Shown here in pieces: positions 8,536-18,787 of a stretch of 64,000 bases of DNA. The DNA is from a virus. Its lineage: Duplodnaviria; Caudoviricetes. The notes under the pieces were generated by a model. The model had not been told where the DNA came from, searched no databases, and saw only the letters and a list, made by a program, of their open reading frames with translations. The translations under genes and the position numbers were made by a program. Location: the IMG/VR virus record IMGVR_UViG_3300036762_000188; one strand, written 5' to 3'. How positions within the stretch are numbered: position 1 is the first letter of the stretch; each line of letters begins with the position of its first letter.

Positions 8536-8798
8536 TAGTAAGTAGGCTTTTGCATAGCCTGCATTCCAAGTCCTGCTACCGACCCAGCTCCGTAACCCTT
8601 TAGTACTGTACTCCCTGCTACACGCAGGGCTGATACTAGTGCTTTAGGGTCTTTTTTAGCTATAGCAGCTAATAGGGCGGGGGCGGCTAAACCTGATGCA
8701 GAAGCAACTCCTATCGCACCACCTGTAAGAGCGGCAACTCCGTAGTCAGGGTCGAACGCCTTCTTCTCTAGCATTCTAGCTTTTTCCAGTAAAGACAT
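8532..8798 (-). CDS. Small Gly/Ala-rich hydrophobic late protein
   Basis: 88 aa; N-terminal KARMLEKKA followed by glycine-zipper-like segments. Confidence 0.6.
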   Translation of the reverse strand: MSLLEKARMLEKKAFDPDYGVAALTGGAIGVASASGLAAPALLAAIAKKDPKALVSALRVAGSTVLKGYGAGSVAGLGMQAMQKPTYY

Positions 8799-9225
8799 TT
8801 TTCTTCTCCATTAATATAGTTAACATCCTGCGGAATCCGAATACCGCCACGAAAATACCTATGATTATCCAGGTATACCAATCCGGTACTCCGGTCTTTA
8901 GAAATTCGAAGCCGGCCTTGACATTATCTTGAGTCTGAGGGAAAAATGAAGCTACGAATGGCGCTAGGAAAACTAGCATAACGAATTCATCCTTCCAGGA
9001 ATTCTCCTGACTCTTAACTGCTAGCATATCTAGATCATTCTGGGCGTCTGCGTCTCTCTGCATACGCACGATAGAGGCATTGGCCTCTGCCTCTATAAGT
9101 CTTATTCTAGCATCTACTTCAGCAGCTTTAATGTTAAGCTTCTGCTCCTCAGTCATAGTCTTACGATCCTGCCATTTACCCACCAGTTCAGTAACCGGTG
9201 ATATAAGAGCTGACCATATACTCAT
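8776..9225 (-). CDS. Putative holin (3TM-holin-like)
   Basis: Coiled N-terminus, SWKDEF motif, two hydrophobic segments, PDWY...FGFR. Confidence 0.65.
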   Translation of the reverse strand: MSIWSALISPVTELVGKWQDRKTMTEEQKLNIKAAEVDARIRLIEAEANASIVRMQRDADAQNDLDMLAVKSQENSWKDEFVMLVFLAPFVASFFPQTQDNVKAGFEFLKTGVPDWYTWIIIGIFVAVFGFRRMLTILMEKKNVFTGKS

Positions 9226-9452
9226 TCTAAATCCTTGCGCCTCTCTTTGGAAGCCGCGGTAGAACTATCACTTACTTGGAACTTACGCATCTCCAAGCCA
9301 TTATCATCGTAAGTAGTTAGGATACCCTGAGCTTTATCCCATTCCCAACTACCCTCAGCCTCTACTAGTAGGCTATCCACTTTAGCGTCTATCTCTACCA
9401 TGTACTGATATAGCTCAGCCATAGTTGGATTAAGAGGATCTACTGGTGTCAT
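9222..9452 (-). CDS. Hypothetical late protein
   Basis: 76-aa ORF overlapping both neighbours. Confidence 0.6.
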   Translation of the reverse strand: MTPVDPLNPTMAELYQYMVEIDAKVDSLLVEAEGSWEWDKAQGILTTYDDNGLEMRKFQVSDSSTAASKERRKDLE

Positions 9453-9903
9453 TTATCATCGCCTCTATATAAGTGTCCGCGGCTTTAGTAGCGTCACTGG
9501 TGATTAACTTCTCGTTACTAAACCTAGCTAACAGAGGGTGGTAAGGAGGTAGTCCTTCTGAGTTAAGTACGTATCGCACCACCGCTGTTATCATAGGAGA
9601 TTCTACGTCATCTACTAACTCGGACAATACGTGCAGGGCCCACACCAACTCCAGAGAGGTAGGCATGTGCGTAAAGTACTCATCAGGATAGTATAAATTA
9701 GAAACCTCTATGAATCGCAGGAAGTAATCAGCATAAGTAAGGAATTCCTCTGGATTACGATGTAGTGATATTAAAGTAGTCAATACCGCGTAGTCATTTT
9801 CTGTAAAGGACACTCCTAAGTCTAAGCTCAGAGTCTCAGGTTCCAACTCCCAATACTCTTCATATTTATTAGAGAGCATTTTATCTAGCTTAAGTATGTT
9901 CAC
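9430..9903 (-). CDS. Hypothetical late protein
   Basis: 157-aa ORF in the coupled minus-strand operon. Confidence 0.65.
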   Translation of the reverse strand: MNILKLDKMLSNKYEEYWELEPETLSLDLGVSFTENDYAVLTTLISLHRNPEEFLTYADYFLRFIEVSNLYYPDEYFTHMPTSLELVWALHVLSELVDDVESPMITAVVRYVLNSEGLPPYHPLLARFSNEKLITSDATKAADTYIEAMINDTSRSS

Positions 9904-10697
9904 ACTAAATCACCTATAAGACCTTTATGCGCTGAATCCAGTGCCTCTACCGCCTCTGGACCTGCGTCTATAGCATCAACTATCTCCTGCCCCATCACTC
10001 TACGTATATCGTCAGCTTTTGACACTAAAAGCTCATAGGATACCTGGCGTCTACCTAGGTTTATAAGCTCGTCGGGGCGACGGACTGTGAAAGCCTCTTT
10101 CTCAAAACATTTATGCAGACCGTTCTTACTATCCAACATACGTACCATACCGCAGATAGATCTATTATCCTCCACAGTTAGCTTACTAGTATTAGTACTC
10201 TGTATGAACGAAGCTATTTTAGTGAAGTTATCATCACCTGTATAGGATGCGCGCCATGACAATGCGTTAACTGCAGACTCTTTATTCAAATGTCCTGCGC
10301 CGGCATAAACCTTTAGATCGTCCGAGATACCTATAGAGTCATGCAGGGCTACACATGCTGACGCTACTTTCTCAAAATCTACGTGTATACCTGATAGATA
10401 TTCTCTTAGGAAGTCCTCTTCAGATTCCACGTTAGAAGCGACCTTAGTCATAGAGTTAGTTAAAGCAGTTACTTTATCTCTTAGATCGTATAGAGATACT
10501 GCTTTATTAACTCTCATTAGAGTATCGTAGTCTACTACTTCATGAGCCATTTTCTCCATGTACGCCAGTTCTAGCGCAGATACCAAGGTCTCGTTCATAC
10601 TACCTGTAGGGAATGATTGTTCCAGGCTGGCAGTCTTTATCAGGGGAGCTATCTCAGGAAGCAGCTTCACCATATTATTTATATTCTTGATAGGCAT
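9900..10697 (-). CDS. Putative internal head protein with multiple K-x-A motifs
   Basis: IKTAS, EKMAH, TKVAS, EKVAS, TKIAS, EKEAF. Confidence 0.55.
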   Translation of the reverse strand: MPIKNINNMVKLLPEIAPLIKTASLEQSFPTGSMNETLVSALELAYMEKMAHEVVDYDTLMRVNKAVSLYDLRDKVTALTNSMTKVASNVESEEDFLREYLSGIHVDFEKVASACVALHDSIGISDDLKVYAGAGHLNKESAVNALSWRASYTGDDNFTKIASFIQSTNTSKLTVEDNRSICGMVRMLDSKNGLHKCFEKEAFTVRRPDELINLGRRQVSYELLVSKADDIRRVMGQEIVDAIDAGPEAVEALDSAHKGLIGDLV

Positions 10698-11431
10698 TAT
10701 TTCCCGTATCCTTCTATGTAATTCATTAGTTTCTCAGCTTCCGTCATACTATGCTCGTAGCCGTCAGTATCGCCGCTTTCACCCATAGCCTTAGCTTTAG
10801 CCACCAGGTCGTGTACATGCGGTTTGTAGTACTCGTTAACCTCTCTTTTAGTAGGGGCTAAATCTACTCCACTCATTAATATATTTTTAGAGTTAGTTTT
10901 TAAAGTATCAGATACTATACTAGGCTTAGGAACGTGTCCAGTAAGCATGAATAGGTTAAGATCATCCTCACCCTTTATATTACGCAGCGATCCTACTACA
11001 TCAGCCTGATTCCTGTTACGCGCCCTATCAGTTAGTACCTCTGCTATAGTCCCACCGAGCGTAGCTACACCACCTAACGCTAGGGTAGACGGCAGTGCTT
11101 TCTTTATAGTAGAGTACAGTAACCCAGACTGTCCAGGCACTGTAGGCGCCCCGCGGGTCATCCACAGACTACCGATAAGAGAGCCTAATACTGGTACGGA
11201 TGCTAAGCTAGCGGTATTCGACAGAGATCTCCCTACCATACCGGGTAGTTTAGCTATTATACTCCTACCCTCTTGCACATCCAAGCCTTCTGCGGCTACT
11301 ATTCTCACCACCTCTTTCTGATCCGCCGTAGTCATGGCTTTGAAGAAAGGGCTGTTAAATGATTGATCTATAGGCTTAGAGCCGTTACGATGCGCTAGCA
11401 CCATAGCTCTTGCCATGCTTTTAGTGTCCAT
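10697..11431 (-). CDS. Putative virion protein with two hydrophobic Gly-rich segments
   Basis: 244 aa; preceded by the TAAAATA late motif and an AGGA RBS. Confidence 0.55.
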   Translation of the reverse strand: MDTKSMARAMVLAHRNGSKPIDQSFNSPFFKAMTTADQKEVVRIVAAEGLDVQEGRSIIAKLPGMVGRSLSNTASLASVPVLGSLIGSLWMTRGAPTVPGQSGLLYSTIKKALPSTLALGGVATLGGTIAEVLTDRARNRNQADVVGSLRNIKGEDDLNLFMLTGHVPKPSIVSDTLKTNSKNILMSGVDLAPTKREVNEYYKPHVHDLVAKAKAMGESGDTDGYEHSMTEAEKLMNYIEGYGK

Positions 11432-11458
11432 ATTATAGTTCCTATATGTTGATACTAG

Positions 11459-11465
11459 TATTTTA
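11459..11465 (-). promoter_or_regulatory. Class B (late-type) promoter motif TAAAATA
   Basis: About 28 nt upstream of the 11431 start; same motif precedes other late operons. Confidence 0.55.
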
Positions 11466-11499
11466 AGGCTTAATGCCTTTACACTTTTTTCTTATATAT

Positions 11500-11510
11500 G
11501 GTATAAGTAT
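11500..11510 (+). promoter_or_regulatory. Class A promoter motif
   Basis: GGTATAAGTAT, divergent from the class B site. Confidence 0.55.
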
Positions 11511-11531
11511 TGTACACACACAGGAGTGATT

Positions 11532-11609
11532 ATGAACATCTCTAAATTCTTATTTTCTATATACATAGCAGTATCTACTCTAGCTCTTCTATTAGCAGCA
11601 TGGAGATAG
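11532..11609 (+). CDS. Small membrane peptide (25 aa)
   Basis: CAGGAG RBS; MNISKFLFSIYIAVSTLALLLAAWR; not in the ORF track. Confidence 0.5.
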   Translation: MNISKFLFSIYIAVSTLALLLAAWR

Positions 11610-12202
11610 CCCGTATTAAGAACGGTTTGATTTCTTTAGATGATCTGTATGCCCACCTACAGGGTAGGCAATTGGCGCCTAAAGAGTGGATGGCCACGGA
11701 GGAGGTACAAACCGTCATATCTCATATGGAATGGGATGGATCCGTATTACCTAGTAACCGCATATATAAACAGGGCATACACTGCATGGTGTGTAAGGAG
11801 CTAGCAGTGATGTATGCCTGCGTAGATATTATGGTAGCTTGGAGAGTGGTCGAGTTATATGATAGCCTAGTAGAGGTGCTTTTTAAGAGAAAGGAGTTGG
11901 ACTATAAGTGGGCTGCCAGGGCCGCTCGTGTAGAAGTGTCTTTGGAGTATTTTATAGACCTAGCTCAAGATGTGGCAGGAGTATCTATATCAGAATCCAT
12001 GGTGATGGTCGGTATGACCTTCCCTGAATGGCTAGTGATGAATAAGAAGTTCCAAGAAGTTGATGTCCTAGAAGATCTTTTGCTTATAAGCGAGGTGAAG
12101 GGTGAGGAAAGGGCGTTAGCATATATAGGAGTTGATATACGACTGCCTAAATTACATAAAGCTATAGAGGAGTACACAGCAGAATGTTTATCCCACCACT
12201 GA
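11600..12202 (+). CDS. KilA-N domain DNA-binding protein
   Basis: GLISLDDLY...PKEW...MVCKELAVMYA resembles the KilA-N consensus. Confidence 0.65.
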   Translation: MEIARIKNGLISLDDLYAHLQGRQLAPKEWMATEEVQTVISHMEWDGSVLPSNRIYKQGIHCMVCKELAVMYACVDIMVAWRVVELYDSLVEVLFKRKELDYKWAARAARVEVSLEYFIDLAQDVAGVSISESMVMVGMTFPEWLVMNKKFQEVDVLEDLLLISEVKGEERALAYIGVDIRLPKLHKAIEEYTAECLSHH

Positions 12203-12834
12203 AAGACGATACATTCAACAGACTTAAGAGTACAGGGCTAGCCACTATATCTGGCATATCTTCTTTGAACCGGAATAACGTTAAAGGTAAGTTTACTACA
12301 AATCTACCTAATGGTATTAGTAGTGCGTTTGTAATACGTAACCATAAAGGCCGCTACAAGTATTTCCCTATAACAGTAGATCGGGGGATTATCAGCGGTC
12401 TACCTGAATTGATATGGTGCGGGTATATATATCACGATGGAGTGTGGTATTTCGCGTCTACCGATAACATGCTTAGATTACACAGAGGGGAAGTCCTCGG
12501 TATATGTCAGGTAGTAGAAACCTCTATGCTGGAGCAGAGAGGCGGTATTACGGAGGACACCAGACGTACCGGACCTGCTCCCGTACCTCCCGTACTTACA
12601 GCCCCTCCCACACAGCTAGAATTGGAGGGGGATTTAGAAGAGTCTCTCTTAGATATCCTAAACAGCGCGGAGGCTGGAGAGAGAGGGCCTAGTCTAAACG
12701 CTTCAGAGCAGGTAATTAGAGTAACTCCAGTAGAGCCAACTCCGCCTTTAATGCCTGCAATTAGTGAAAGACTGGTACTGCCAGAGCCACCTAGAACACT
12801 AGTACTGCCAGTGCCGCCCCTGATCGATTCGTAG
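12184..12834 (+). CDS. Hypothetical protein with Pro-rich C-terminus
   Basis: 216-aa ORF with GAGGAG RBS. Confidence 0.65.
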   Translation: MFIPPLKDDTFNRLKSTGLATISGISSLNRNNVKGKFTTNLPNGISSAFVIRNHKGRYKYFPITVDRGIISGLPELIWCGYIYHDGVWYFASTDNMLRLHRGEVLGICQVVETSMLEQRGGITEDTRRTGPAPVPPVLTAPPTQLELEGDLEESLLDILNSAEAGERGPSLNASEQVIRVTPVEPTPPLMPAISERLVLPEPPRTLVLPVPPLIDS

Positions 12835-12852
12835 AGCCTTCTGAGAAGGTCT

Positions 12853-12883
12853 TGAGGCCTACCTTATGGTAGGTCTCATTTTT
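12853..12883 (+). terminator. Intrinsic terminator at a convergent junction
   Basis: TGAGGCCTACC-TTAT-GGTAGGTCTCA-TTTTT. Confidence 0.7.
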
Positions 12884-12886
12884 AGA

Positions 12887-13186
12887 TTAAACGCTGTATA
12901 CGTGCGTTACAGGGGCTAGGAGGCTACCACACTGAGTAGGGTCCGACTCTCTAGCTATAGAGATGCCGTTTATTAATACCGTAGGGCTTCCGGCAGCTAC
13001 TACTGGAGTGTGCGGAGGTAGGGGTGGAGACGGGCATGCATGGTCTACACATACACTACCGAGAAGTGCTACAGGCTGGCCTTCTATAAATACGAAGTCT
13101 GACCCCTGTGACACTGTAGTAGGTATGAATCCCGGGGGATGTGCTGTTACTACACTACCAACAGTAGCGACTTTAAGTACCGCCAT
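12887..13186 (-). CDS. PAAR-repeat spike tip protein (T4 gp5.4-like)
   Basis: VFIEGQPVAL, HAC, GSPTVLINGISIARESD..CGS. Confidence 0.88.
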   Translation of the reverse strand: MAVLKVATVGSVVTAHPPGFIPTTVSQGSDFVFIEGQPVALLGSVCVDHACPSPPLPPHTPVVAAGSPTVLINGISIARESDPTQCGSLLAPVTHVYSV

Positions 13187-13676
13187 AATCTATCACCTTC
13201 TGTCCATGATATTCCCACGCCATCTCCACCTTGCATAACTGTACCAGTACCTCTGACAAAGGCGCACTAGTGACGGTGTGCACATACGTGGCCGTAACCG
13301 TGTATGTAGTATCTACTACTGTAGTAGGAGAGCACTCGAACTTAGTTAATTTACCTACCGTAGGATCTGTTAAAGCCTCGTACGCCTCCCAGGTACTTAC
13401 GGCGCCTATATTGGTTACGTAGTTATCCTGTAAATACGCATACTCTATATTATCCGGTGGAAACGGATCTAAGAACATACCGCTTACAGTGGAGGTGGCA
13501 CCTTCTGAAATAGTCACACCTGAATCAGTACGTGTAGTTTCTACCGTAGCACTGACGAATGCATAGCTAGGAGGCGGCTCGCATACGAATGTTATGATAA
13601 AACTCTCTAACTCTTTAAGTAGTACGAAAGGTGCTACCGGTACTAAAGGTGCACCTCCATTAACTGTTATAGGCAT
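13173..13676 (-). CDS. Baseplate-associated protein (possibly T4 gp5.1-like)
   Basis: Lies between the spike and PAAR genes; TYTVTATY and C-terminal W..DY pattern. Confidence 0.4.
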   Translation of the reverse strand: MPITVNGGAPLVPVAPFVLLKELESFIITFVCEPPPSYAFVSATVETTRTDSGVTISEGATSTVSGMFLDPFPPDNIEYAYLQDNYVTNIGAVSTWEAYEALTDPTVGKLTKFECSPTTVVDTTYTVTATYVHTVTSAPLSEVLVQLCKVEMAWEYHGQKVIDYGGT

Positions 13677-14761
13677 TATGATTTATTCCAGTGTATCTGT
13701 GCTCCGGCTATAGTAACGTTCTTAGGAGTAGACATACTGATATTCTCTGAAGACTGAAAGGTGAGACCGGCAGACGTTACGTCTAAAGACCCTCCTATAT
13801 TCAAAGTGGCAGCTCCGGTAGTACTGATTGACATAGTACCATCGGTATTAACCAATATGGATATATCCTTAACGTTCAGCGCTACTCCGGTAGGAGATAC
13901 GTCGTAGCTTATTACCGCGGATGCAGTGGTAAGCGTATGGTTTAAACCGCCGTTATGCACTACAGTATCAAGGGTATTATCTCCCTGTACGATCCTATGG
14001 CGCTTACCATCAGTATAAAGATCTTCTACCGAGGTTTGAACGTCGGTATAAGTATACGTTCGACGCATTACCCCGTCGTCCTCAGGATCAACCGGGAAGT
14101 CTGCTTCTAGTATCTCTCGAGGGCTGCCTATAGCCTCTAACGCCTCTCCCACTATTACAGCACCTTCATACTCTACTAGCGACGGTGTCTCGGTATGAGA
14201 AGCCGCAGGATCACGGTATAGACTTTTTTTAGAGTATAGACGGCCTCGTATAGAATTCTTCTGTACAGAGTCTACCTCTGTAAAATGATCGAAGTTACGC
14301 GATACGATGCGTACTAAGTCTCCCAGCCTAGAAGTTAATATCTGTGACAGTGCAGAAGATTTAGCTATGAAAGACCCTAGGCGTAGGAGCCCATATAATC
14401 CAAATTGATTGCTTACTATTTCATCGCCGTTAGACTGATCTTTAGGAGTACTACCACGTTTTATATCTACGTCTACCATAGAATAATCTGCGATGTCTAA
14501 AGTCTCATTGGCTTGGAGTGTGATATTTTGACGATCTATGTCTTCCGTAGTGTCTGAAGGGATGAGCCCTATTATAATAGGCATCCCCGTAGAAACATCT
14601 ACGAGGACCCTATCTGACTCTTTAGGCCCCAAGCCTGACCATATCACTTCACGAAGGATATCGCCATTATCTCCGAGACATTTAGCGACCTTGCGCCGCA
14701 GATCTACTGCAGTTACAGTAGCATGTTTCAGACTATTTGACTTATAGGGACTATACATCAT
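13676..14761 (-). CDS. Baseplate central spike (gp5/VgrG/gpV-like)
   Basis: N-terminal OB-fold-like ATVTAVD, C-terminal beta-helix-like S/T/G-rich repeats ending AGAQIHWN; upstream of PAAR. Confidence 0.65.
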   Translation of the reverse strand: MMYSPYKSNSLKHATVTAVDLRRKVAKCLGDNGDILREVIWSGLGPKESDRVLVDVSTGMPIIIGLIPSDTTEDIDRQNITLQANETLDIADYSMVDVDIKRGSTPKDQSNGDEIVSNQFGLYGLLRLGSFIAKSSALSQILTSRLGDLVRIVSRNFDHFTEVDSVQKNSIRGRLYSKKSLYRDPAASHTETPSLVEYEGAVIVGEALEAIGSPREILEADFPVDPEDDGVMRRTYTYTDVQTSVEDLYTDGKRHRIVQGDNTLDTVVHNGGLNHTLTTASAVISYDVSPTGVALNVKDISILVNTDGTMSISTTGAATLNIGGSLDVTSAGLTFQSSENISMSTPKNVTIAGAQIHWNKS

Positions 14762-15435
14762 TCCACCTTAACTGGTACTGCTCTATCGAATATGATCCCG
14801 ACGTTTTCCTGGATTACCGGAGCCTGAGCGGCTACTTGGAATTGGAAATTAGTCAGGGTGCATAGTTCTAAATAAGTAGCACCTATGATCTTACCATTAG
14901 TGCCATCCGTATCACCCTTAGTCTTGAAGACCATAAGGATACCGAATGGTATGTTAAGAGCTTCAGAGTCAAGGTTCAGGAACATATTACCATAACCAGG
15001 GGCTTTTCCGCCACTAGTATTTAAAGTATATCCATCACTGACATCCTGTCCAGTCTCTTCGTTATAAGCCATTTGAGACAGAGCTTTCATCAGAGACGAT
15101 TGGTCTGCCAGCATAGCTGATAATTGTAATTGACTCTGCGTTTTACCACGAGTAAAGAACGTACGGTTAGAACCGATTTCGTATAGAGGCTGTACAGAAG
15201 CGTTAGTACTGTAACCGAATGAATCTACCAGTCCGATAGCCGATAGGTTAGTACCGGTCTCATTAACTCCATTGAATCTAGGAGGTCCAGCATAGAGCAA
15301 AGTAGTATCAGGGGTCAAAGACCCCTGGCTAAAACGCTCTAGACCTGCACCGCTAGATAGACGATCTACATAACTCTCTTTCCAGTCCCAACCGGCTGCA
15401 AGACCTGTAGTATCTGACGTAACACCTAGTGCCAT
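14758..15435 (-). CDS. Putative tail tube protein
   Basis: Directly after the sheath gene; QPLYEIGS motif; size fits. Confidence 0.65.
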   Translation of the reverse strand: MALGVTSDTTGLAAGWDWKESYVDRLSSGAGLERFSQGSLTPDTTLLYAGPPRFNGVNETGTNLSAIGLVDSFGYSTNASVQPLYEIGSNRTFFTRGKTQSQLQLSAMLADQSSLMKALSQMAYNEETGQDVSDGYTLNTSGGKAPGYGNMFLNLDSEALNIPFGILMVFKTKGDTDGTNGKIIGATYLELCTLTNFQFQVAAQAPVIQENVGIIFDRAVPVKVE

Positions 15436-15446
15436 TTAAAAACTCC

Positions 15447-17435
15447 TTATACAACCAAGTACAGGTTAGTGTAGTTATTAGGATCGCCCATAGCAATAGC
15501 TATTTCTACATCCAGCGCGTCCTTAGAAGCCGCATTCTGAGATACTTTATTAATAGAGTAGCTGACTAGCGGCGCCCCTACCTTAGGTAACTTCTTACTA
15601 GTCAATCGACTAGCGGCTGAATCTAGGGTCTGGCGAATAGTACGTATAGTATCTACGTTGATATTCCATACACCGATGAACGGCTCTAGAATCTCTTTAA
15701 AGTAGTACGATAGGTAATCCCAGTTCTTAACCTTAAGTATCTCGCGATACTCCAAAGTGCTCATGTCTGATGTAAGAGCGTGTAGGCAGTAAGGGGTCGT
15801 ACCCTGCGCCTTCTGCGAGAACATCAGCATACCGCTACCTGCCAGAGTCTTGATTTGACTATCTGAGAAGTAGAAGTTCGAGTGTACTAAATTAGTCACA
15901 CCTGATAGAGCTACCTTAGTCATACCTACCTGTGGAGACACTCCGGATACATAACCTGCAACCGCAGCTCCTAGGTAATACCCAGGTACTTCCACTTCGA
16001 CGTCACTAGATACCACTGTCACATTACCAGGGATTATCCACTTGCGCTTATCAGCCCAGGTAGTAGCTTGAGCTACTAGGTAGTTAACTTGATCAGTCTT
16101 AGAGGCAGCACGTACTACCTTGAAGTCTACCACATCACCTTCCGATAGGGTAGAACCAGTACTGTCAAGTACTATAGTGTAAGCAGTAGCGTCAAGCACT
16201 TCTAATCCAGCGCTGATAAGATCAGGCTCGGTTAAAACACTCTCTAGCACTAGTATATCAGACGAAGTAGTATCGCCTACAGTACTACCATCGGTAATTA
16301 CTACAGTAGTCTCTGCACCAACTACACTTTGTACACGGCCTGTTATCAGACTAGTAGAAGTACCTACGATATCTAGGATATCAGGTATCTCAACGTTTAG
16401 TATAGCCGCACGCCACTTACCCACTAAAGGGTCACTCATAGCAGTAGCGTGAGATCCTACTAAGGTTCCTACACTAAGATTGCTAGTAAGTGGTACTAGT
16501 GCATAAACACCTACGCCTTCTAAATATTCTACAGCCTGTGTATACGCTAGAGTCTCTTCCAGAGAAGGGTCTACAGGCATTGCATACACAGTAGCTCCAC
16601 CGGCGTTAGCCAGGGCTAGAGATACACCTAGTGCCAAAGGATTATCAGGAGATACATTACCTAGTAAGTTAACTAGGGCAGTTACATCCTCTATCTCTAC
16701 TACAGTAGAAATGTCCTTACGATCGGCTATATAACCGATGTGCACTTCAGCTTGTTTACCAGTCCCTTTTACCGCTAATTCAGATGAGAACGCGTAGTTA
16801 TCAGTGAAAGTATCAGTGGTAGGTCGTAGGGTACTTAAAGTCAAAGCTCCGGCAGACCATGTAGGTACTGGAACAGTTACTTCTGGAGTAGCCTTATAAA
16901 CAGTAACTCGCTTAGTAGTAGAGAAACCGGTAATACCAGCGGCAGTATCAAAAGAACCGGTGGTATAGTCTATAGTAGTCAAGAAGCTAACAGTAGGATT
17001 AGTATCCGTGCTAGCATCAGAAATAACTACGATGTCTCCAACTTCAACATGGCGTGTGCTTGTTTTAAACGGTAGTACATCAGATATTAAATTATCAGTA
17101 CCTCCAATGTCATTGAATTCCAGAACCGGAGTGGCTACTGAGAAGTCAACGTCTTCACGGAAGGTCTTTATATAAGAGTCGGCCACAACTACAGTCATAG
17201 AGGCTTCATCGATTATCTGACCGGTGTACGCAGATCCCGGTACAGCAGTACCAGTGAAGGTAGTGACACTGGCTGCTAAACTAATAGCGCGCTGTGCTGT
17301 ATCTTCTAGATCTATTTTCACAACATTTTTTAGCGGCCCTATAATACAGGCAGGTAGATCAGGGCTTATAGCCGCAGCTCCTCCTGAATTAGCCAGCTCC
17401 TGGTAGACTGCTACCTGGGGTAATACATATGACAT
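15447..17435 (-). CDS. Contractile tail sheath protein
   Basis: N-terminal YVLPQVAVYQE, PACIIG, NPLALG, VPGYYLGAAVAG and sheath-like C-terminus; 662 aa. Confidence 0.8.
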   Translation of the reverse strand: MSYVLPQVAVYQELANSGGAAAISPDLPACIIGPLKNVVKIDLEDTAQRAISLAASVTTFTGTAVPGSAYTGQIIDEASMTVVVADSYIKTFREDVDFSVATPVLEFNDIGGTDNLISDVLPFKTSTRHVEVGDIVVISDASTDTNPTVSFLTTIDYTTGSFDTAAGITGFSTTKRVTVYKATPEVTVPVPTWSAGALTLSTLRPTTDTFTDNYAFSSELAVKGTGKQAEVHIGYIADRKDISTVVEIEDVTALVNLLGNVSPDNPLALGVSLALANAGGATVYAMPVDPSLEETLAYTQAVEYLEGVGVYALVPLTSNLSVGTLVGSHATAMSDPLVGKWRAAILNVEIPDILDIVGTSTSLITGRVQSVVGAETTVVITDGSTVGDTTSSDILVLESVLTEPDLISAGLEVLDATAYTIVLDSTGSTLSEGDVVDFKVVRAASKTDQVNYLVAQATTWADKRKWIIPGNVTVVSSDVEVEVPGYYLGAAVAGYVSGVSPQVGMTKVALSGVTNLVHSNFYFSDSQIKTLAGSGMLMFSQKAQGTTPYCLHALTSDMSTLEYREILKVKNWDYLSYYFKEILEPFIGVWNINVDTIRTIRQTLDSAASRLTSKKLPKVGAPLVSYSINKVSQNAASKDALDVEIAIAMGDPNNYTNLYLVV

Positions 17436-17436
17436 A

Positions 17437-17961
17437 TCATAATCCTTCTAGTTTTCTGAAGATGTGGCTTATTCTCATAGAATAATCGGTCACCTTCCAC
17501 CGATCTTCGACTATGTAAGGTACACTTATAGTGATTTTAAACTTTTCTGTGTCCTCTCCTACCATCTCGCATACAGATATGTCTATATCTGATCCGAAAC
17601 GCTGCATGCCGAACTTAGACTCTATGAGGGGTCTAGACCACGAGAGGAATTTCCTCAAGTAATCTGATATGATTTCACACTCGCCTTCTTCCCTGGCTTC
17701 TACTAAGAACATAAACATGCCGTTGACGTCTTGGCGCATTATAGTATCTGCCGTAGCATTGGACTGTAAACCAGACCCTATAAACTGAGTGCCTGAGCGG
17801 TAAGGTCCGCGCTGTAGCATAACACGCGGCATGACCTGTATTTTCTCTTCGTTACGGTCATTTATCATCTGTACGTGTACGTTCATATCTGCCATATCGG
17901 CAAATAATGCTTTAACTAGTTTAAGTATAAAACCACCGATATGATAATTACTATACTCCAT
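17437..17961 (-). CDS. Putative tail completion/terminator protein
   Basis: Position upstream of the sheath gene; MPRVMLQRG. Confidence 0.5.
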   Translation of the reverse strand: MEYSNYHIGGFILKLVKALFADMADMNVHVQMINDRNEEKIQVMPRVMLQRGPYRSGTQFIGSGLQSNATADTIMRQDVNGMFMFLVEAREEGECEIISDYLRKFLSWSRPLIESKFGMQRFGSDIDISVCEMVGEDTEKFKITISVPYIVEDRWKVTDYSMRISHIFRKLEGL

Positions 17962-18787
17962 GGACGTGCTCCTTATAATTAAACAGGTCGACGTATGGTA
18001 GGTCGAATAGTAGATTCTCCACGTGATTCTTACCTAATTCTTTAAGTACTACGGACTGGTGCTGTACGGTAGTCAACATCTCCGTACTACCTCGATGCCC
18101 TTCTACTCGGAATACCTTGCGATCTGATAACCTTAGTACTATAGCATGAGGCTGTAAGCTCGGGTAAGGTATAGTCCACGCTGAGGACATTATATCCTCT
18201 CTATTACCTATATAATCAGCTTGCATGCTAGGGTCTATAGGACCGAAGCTTATCTTAGTGAGCATACCCGTATGATACCCACCTTCATAAGAAGTGCCAT
18301 AGCAAGTACGGCAGTGATCTTTTGTAGTACGCTTAGTATTATCATCCCAGCATTCGCTACATCTAGGACCTCTAATCTTAGGTGTAAATACTACTGAGTC
18401 CACACCTACGAATTTCTTAAGGAGTATAGACTCTCTGCGTATTATATCCCTCCACCTCAGCCAGTGGAACCTAGACAGCTGCTGAGAGGGTCCTACAGGG
18501 GTAGTGAACACTCCCTGACCTTCTACAATAAATAGCTCATCGTAGAATTTACGATCCTGTAAGCATGGGGCTACATAAAACGTATCGGTTATCGGTATCG
18601 CAGTAAGCTTACGATAAGGACCTCCCTCTGAATCCATAGAGTAAACAGTATATGGTCCACCAAAATCCTCCCATTCTATAAATGAGGTAGAACCCCAGGA
18701 AGGGGTGACCTTCACAGTTATATTCGAGAAGGTCGGTTTGTCTATCACCTCTCCGGTGATAAAGTACTGCCAATCTATCTTTACCAT
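17951..18787 (-). CDS. Putative neck/head-closure protein with Cys4 zinc motif
   Basis: RCSECWD...HCRTCYGTSYEGGY; lies between adaptor and tail genes. Confidence 0.5.
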   Translation of the reverse strand: MVKIDWQYFITGEVIDKPTFSNITVKVTPSWGSTSFIEWEDFGGPYTVYSMDSEGGPYRKLTAIPITDTFYVAPCLQDRKFYDELFIVEGQGVFTTPVGPSQQLSRFHWLRWRDIIRRESILLKKFVGVDSVVFTPKIRGPRCSECWDDNTKRTTKDHCRTCYGTSYEGGYHTGMLTKISFGPIDPSMQADYIGNREDIMSSAWTIPYPSLQPHAIVLRLSDRKVFRVEGHRGSTEMLTTVQHQSVVLKELGKNHVENLLFDLPYVDLFNYKEHVHGV

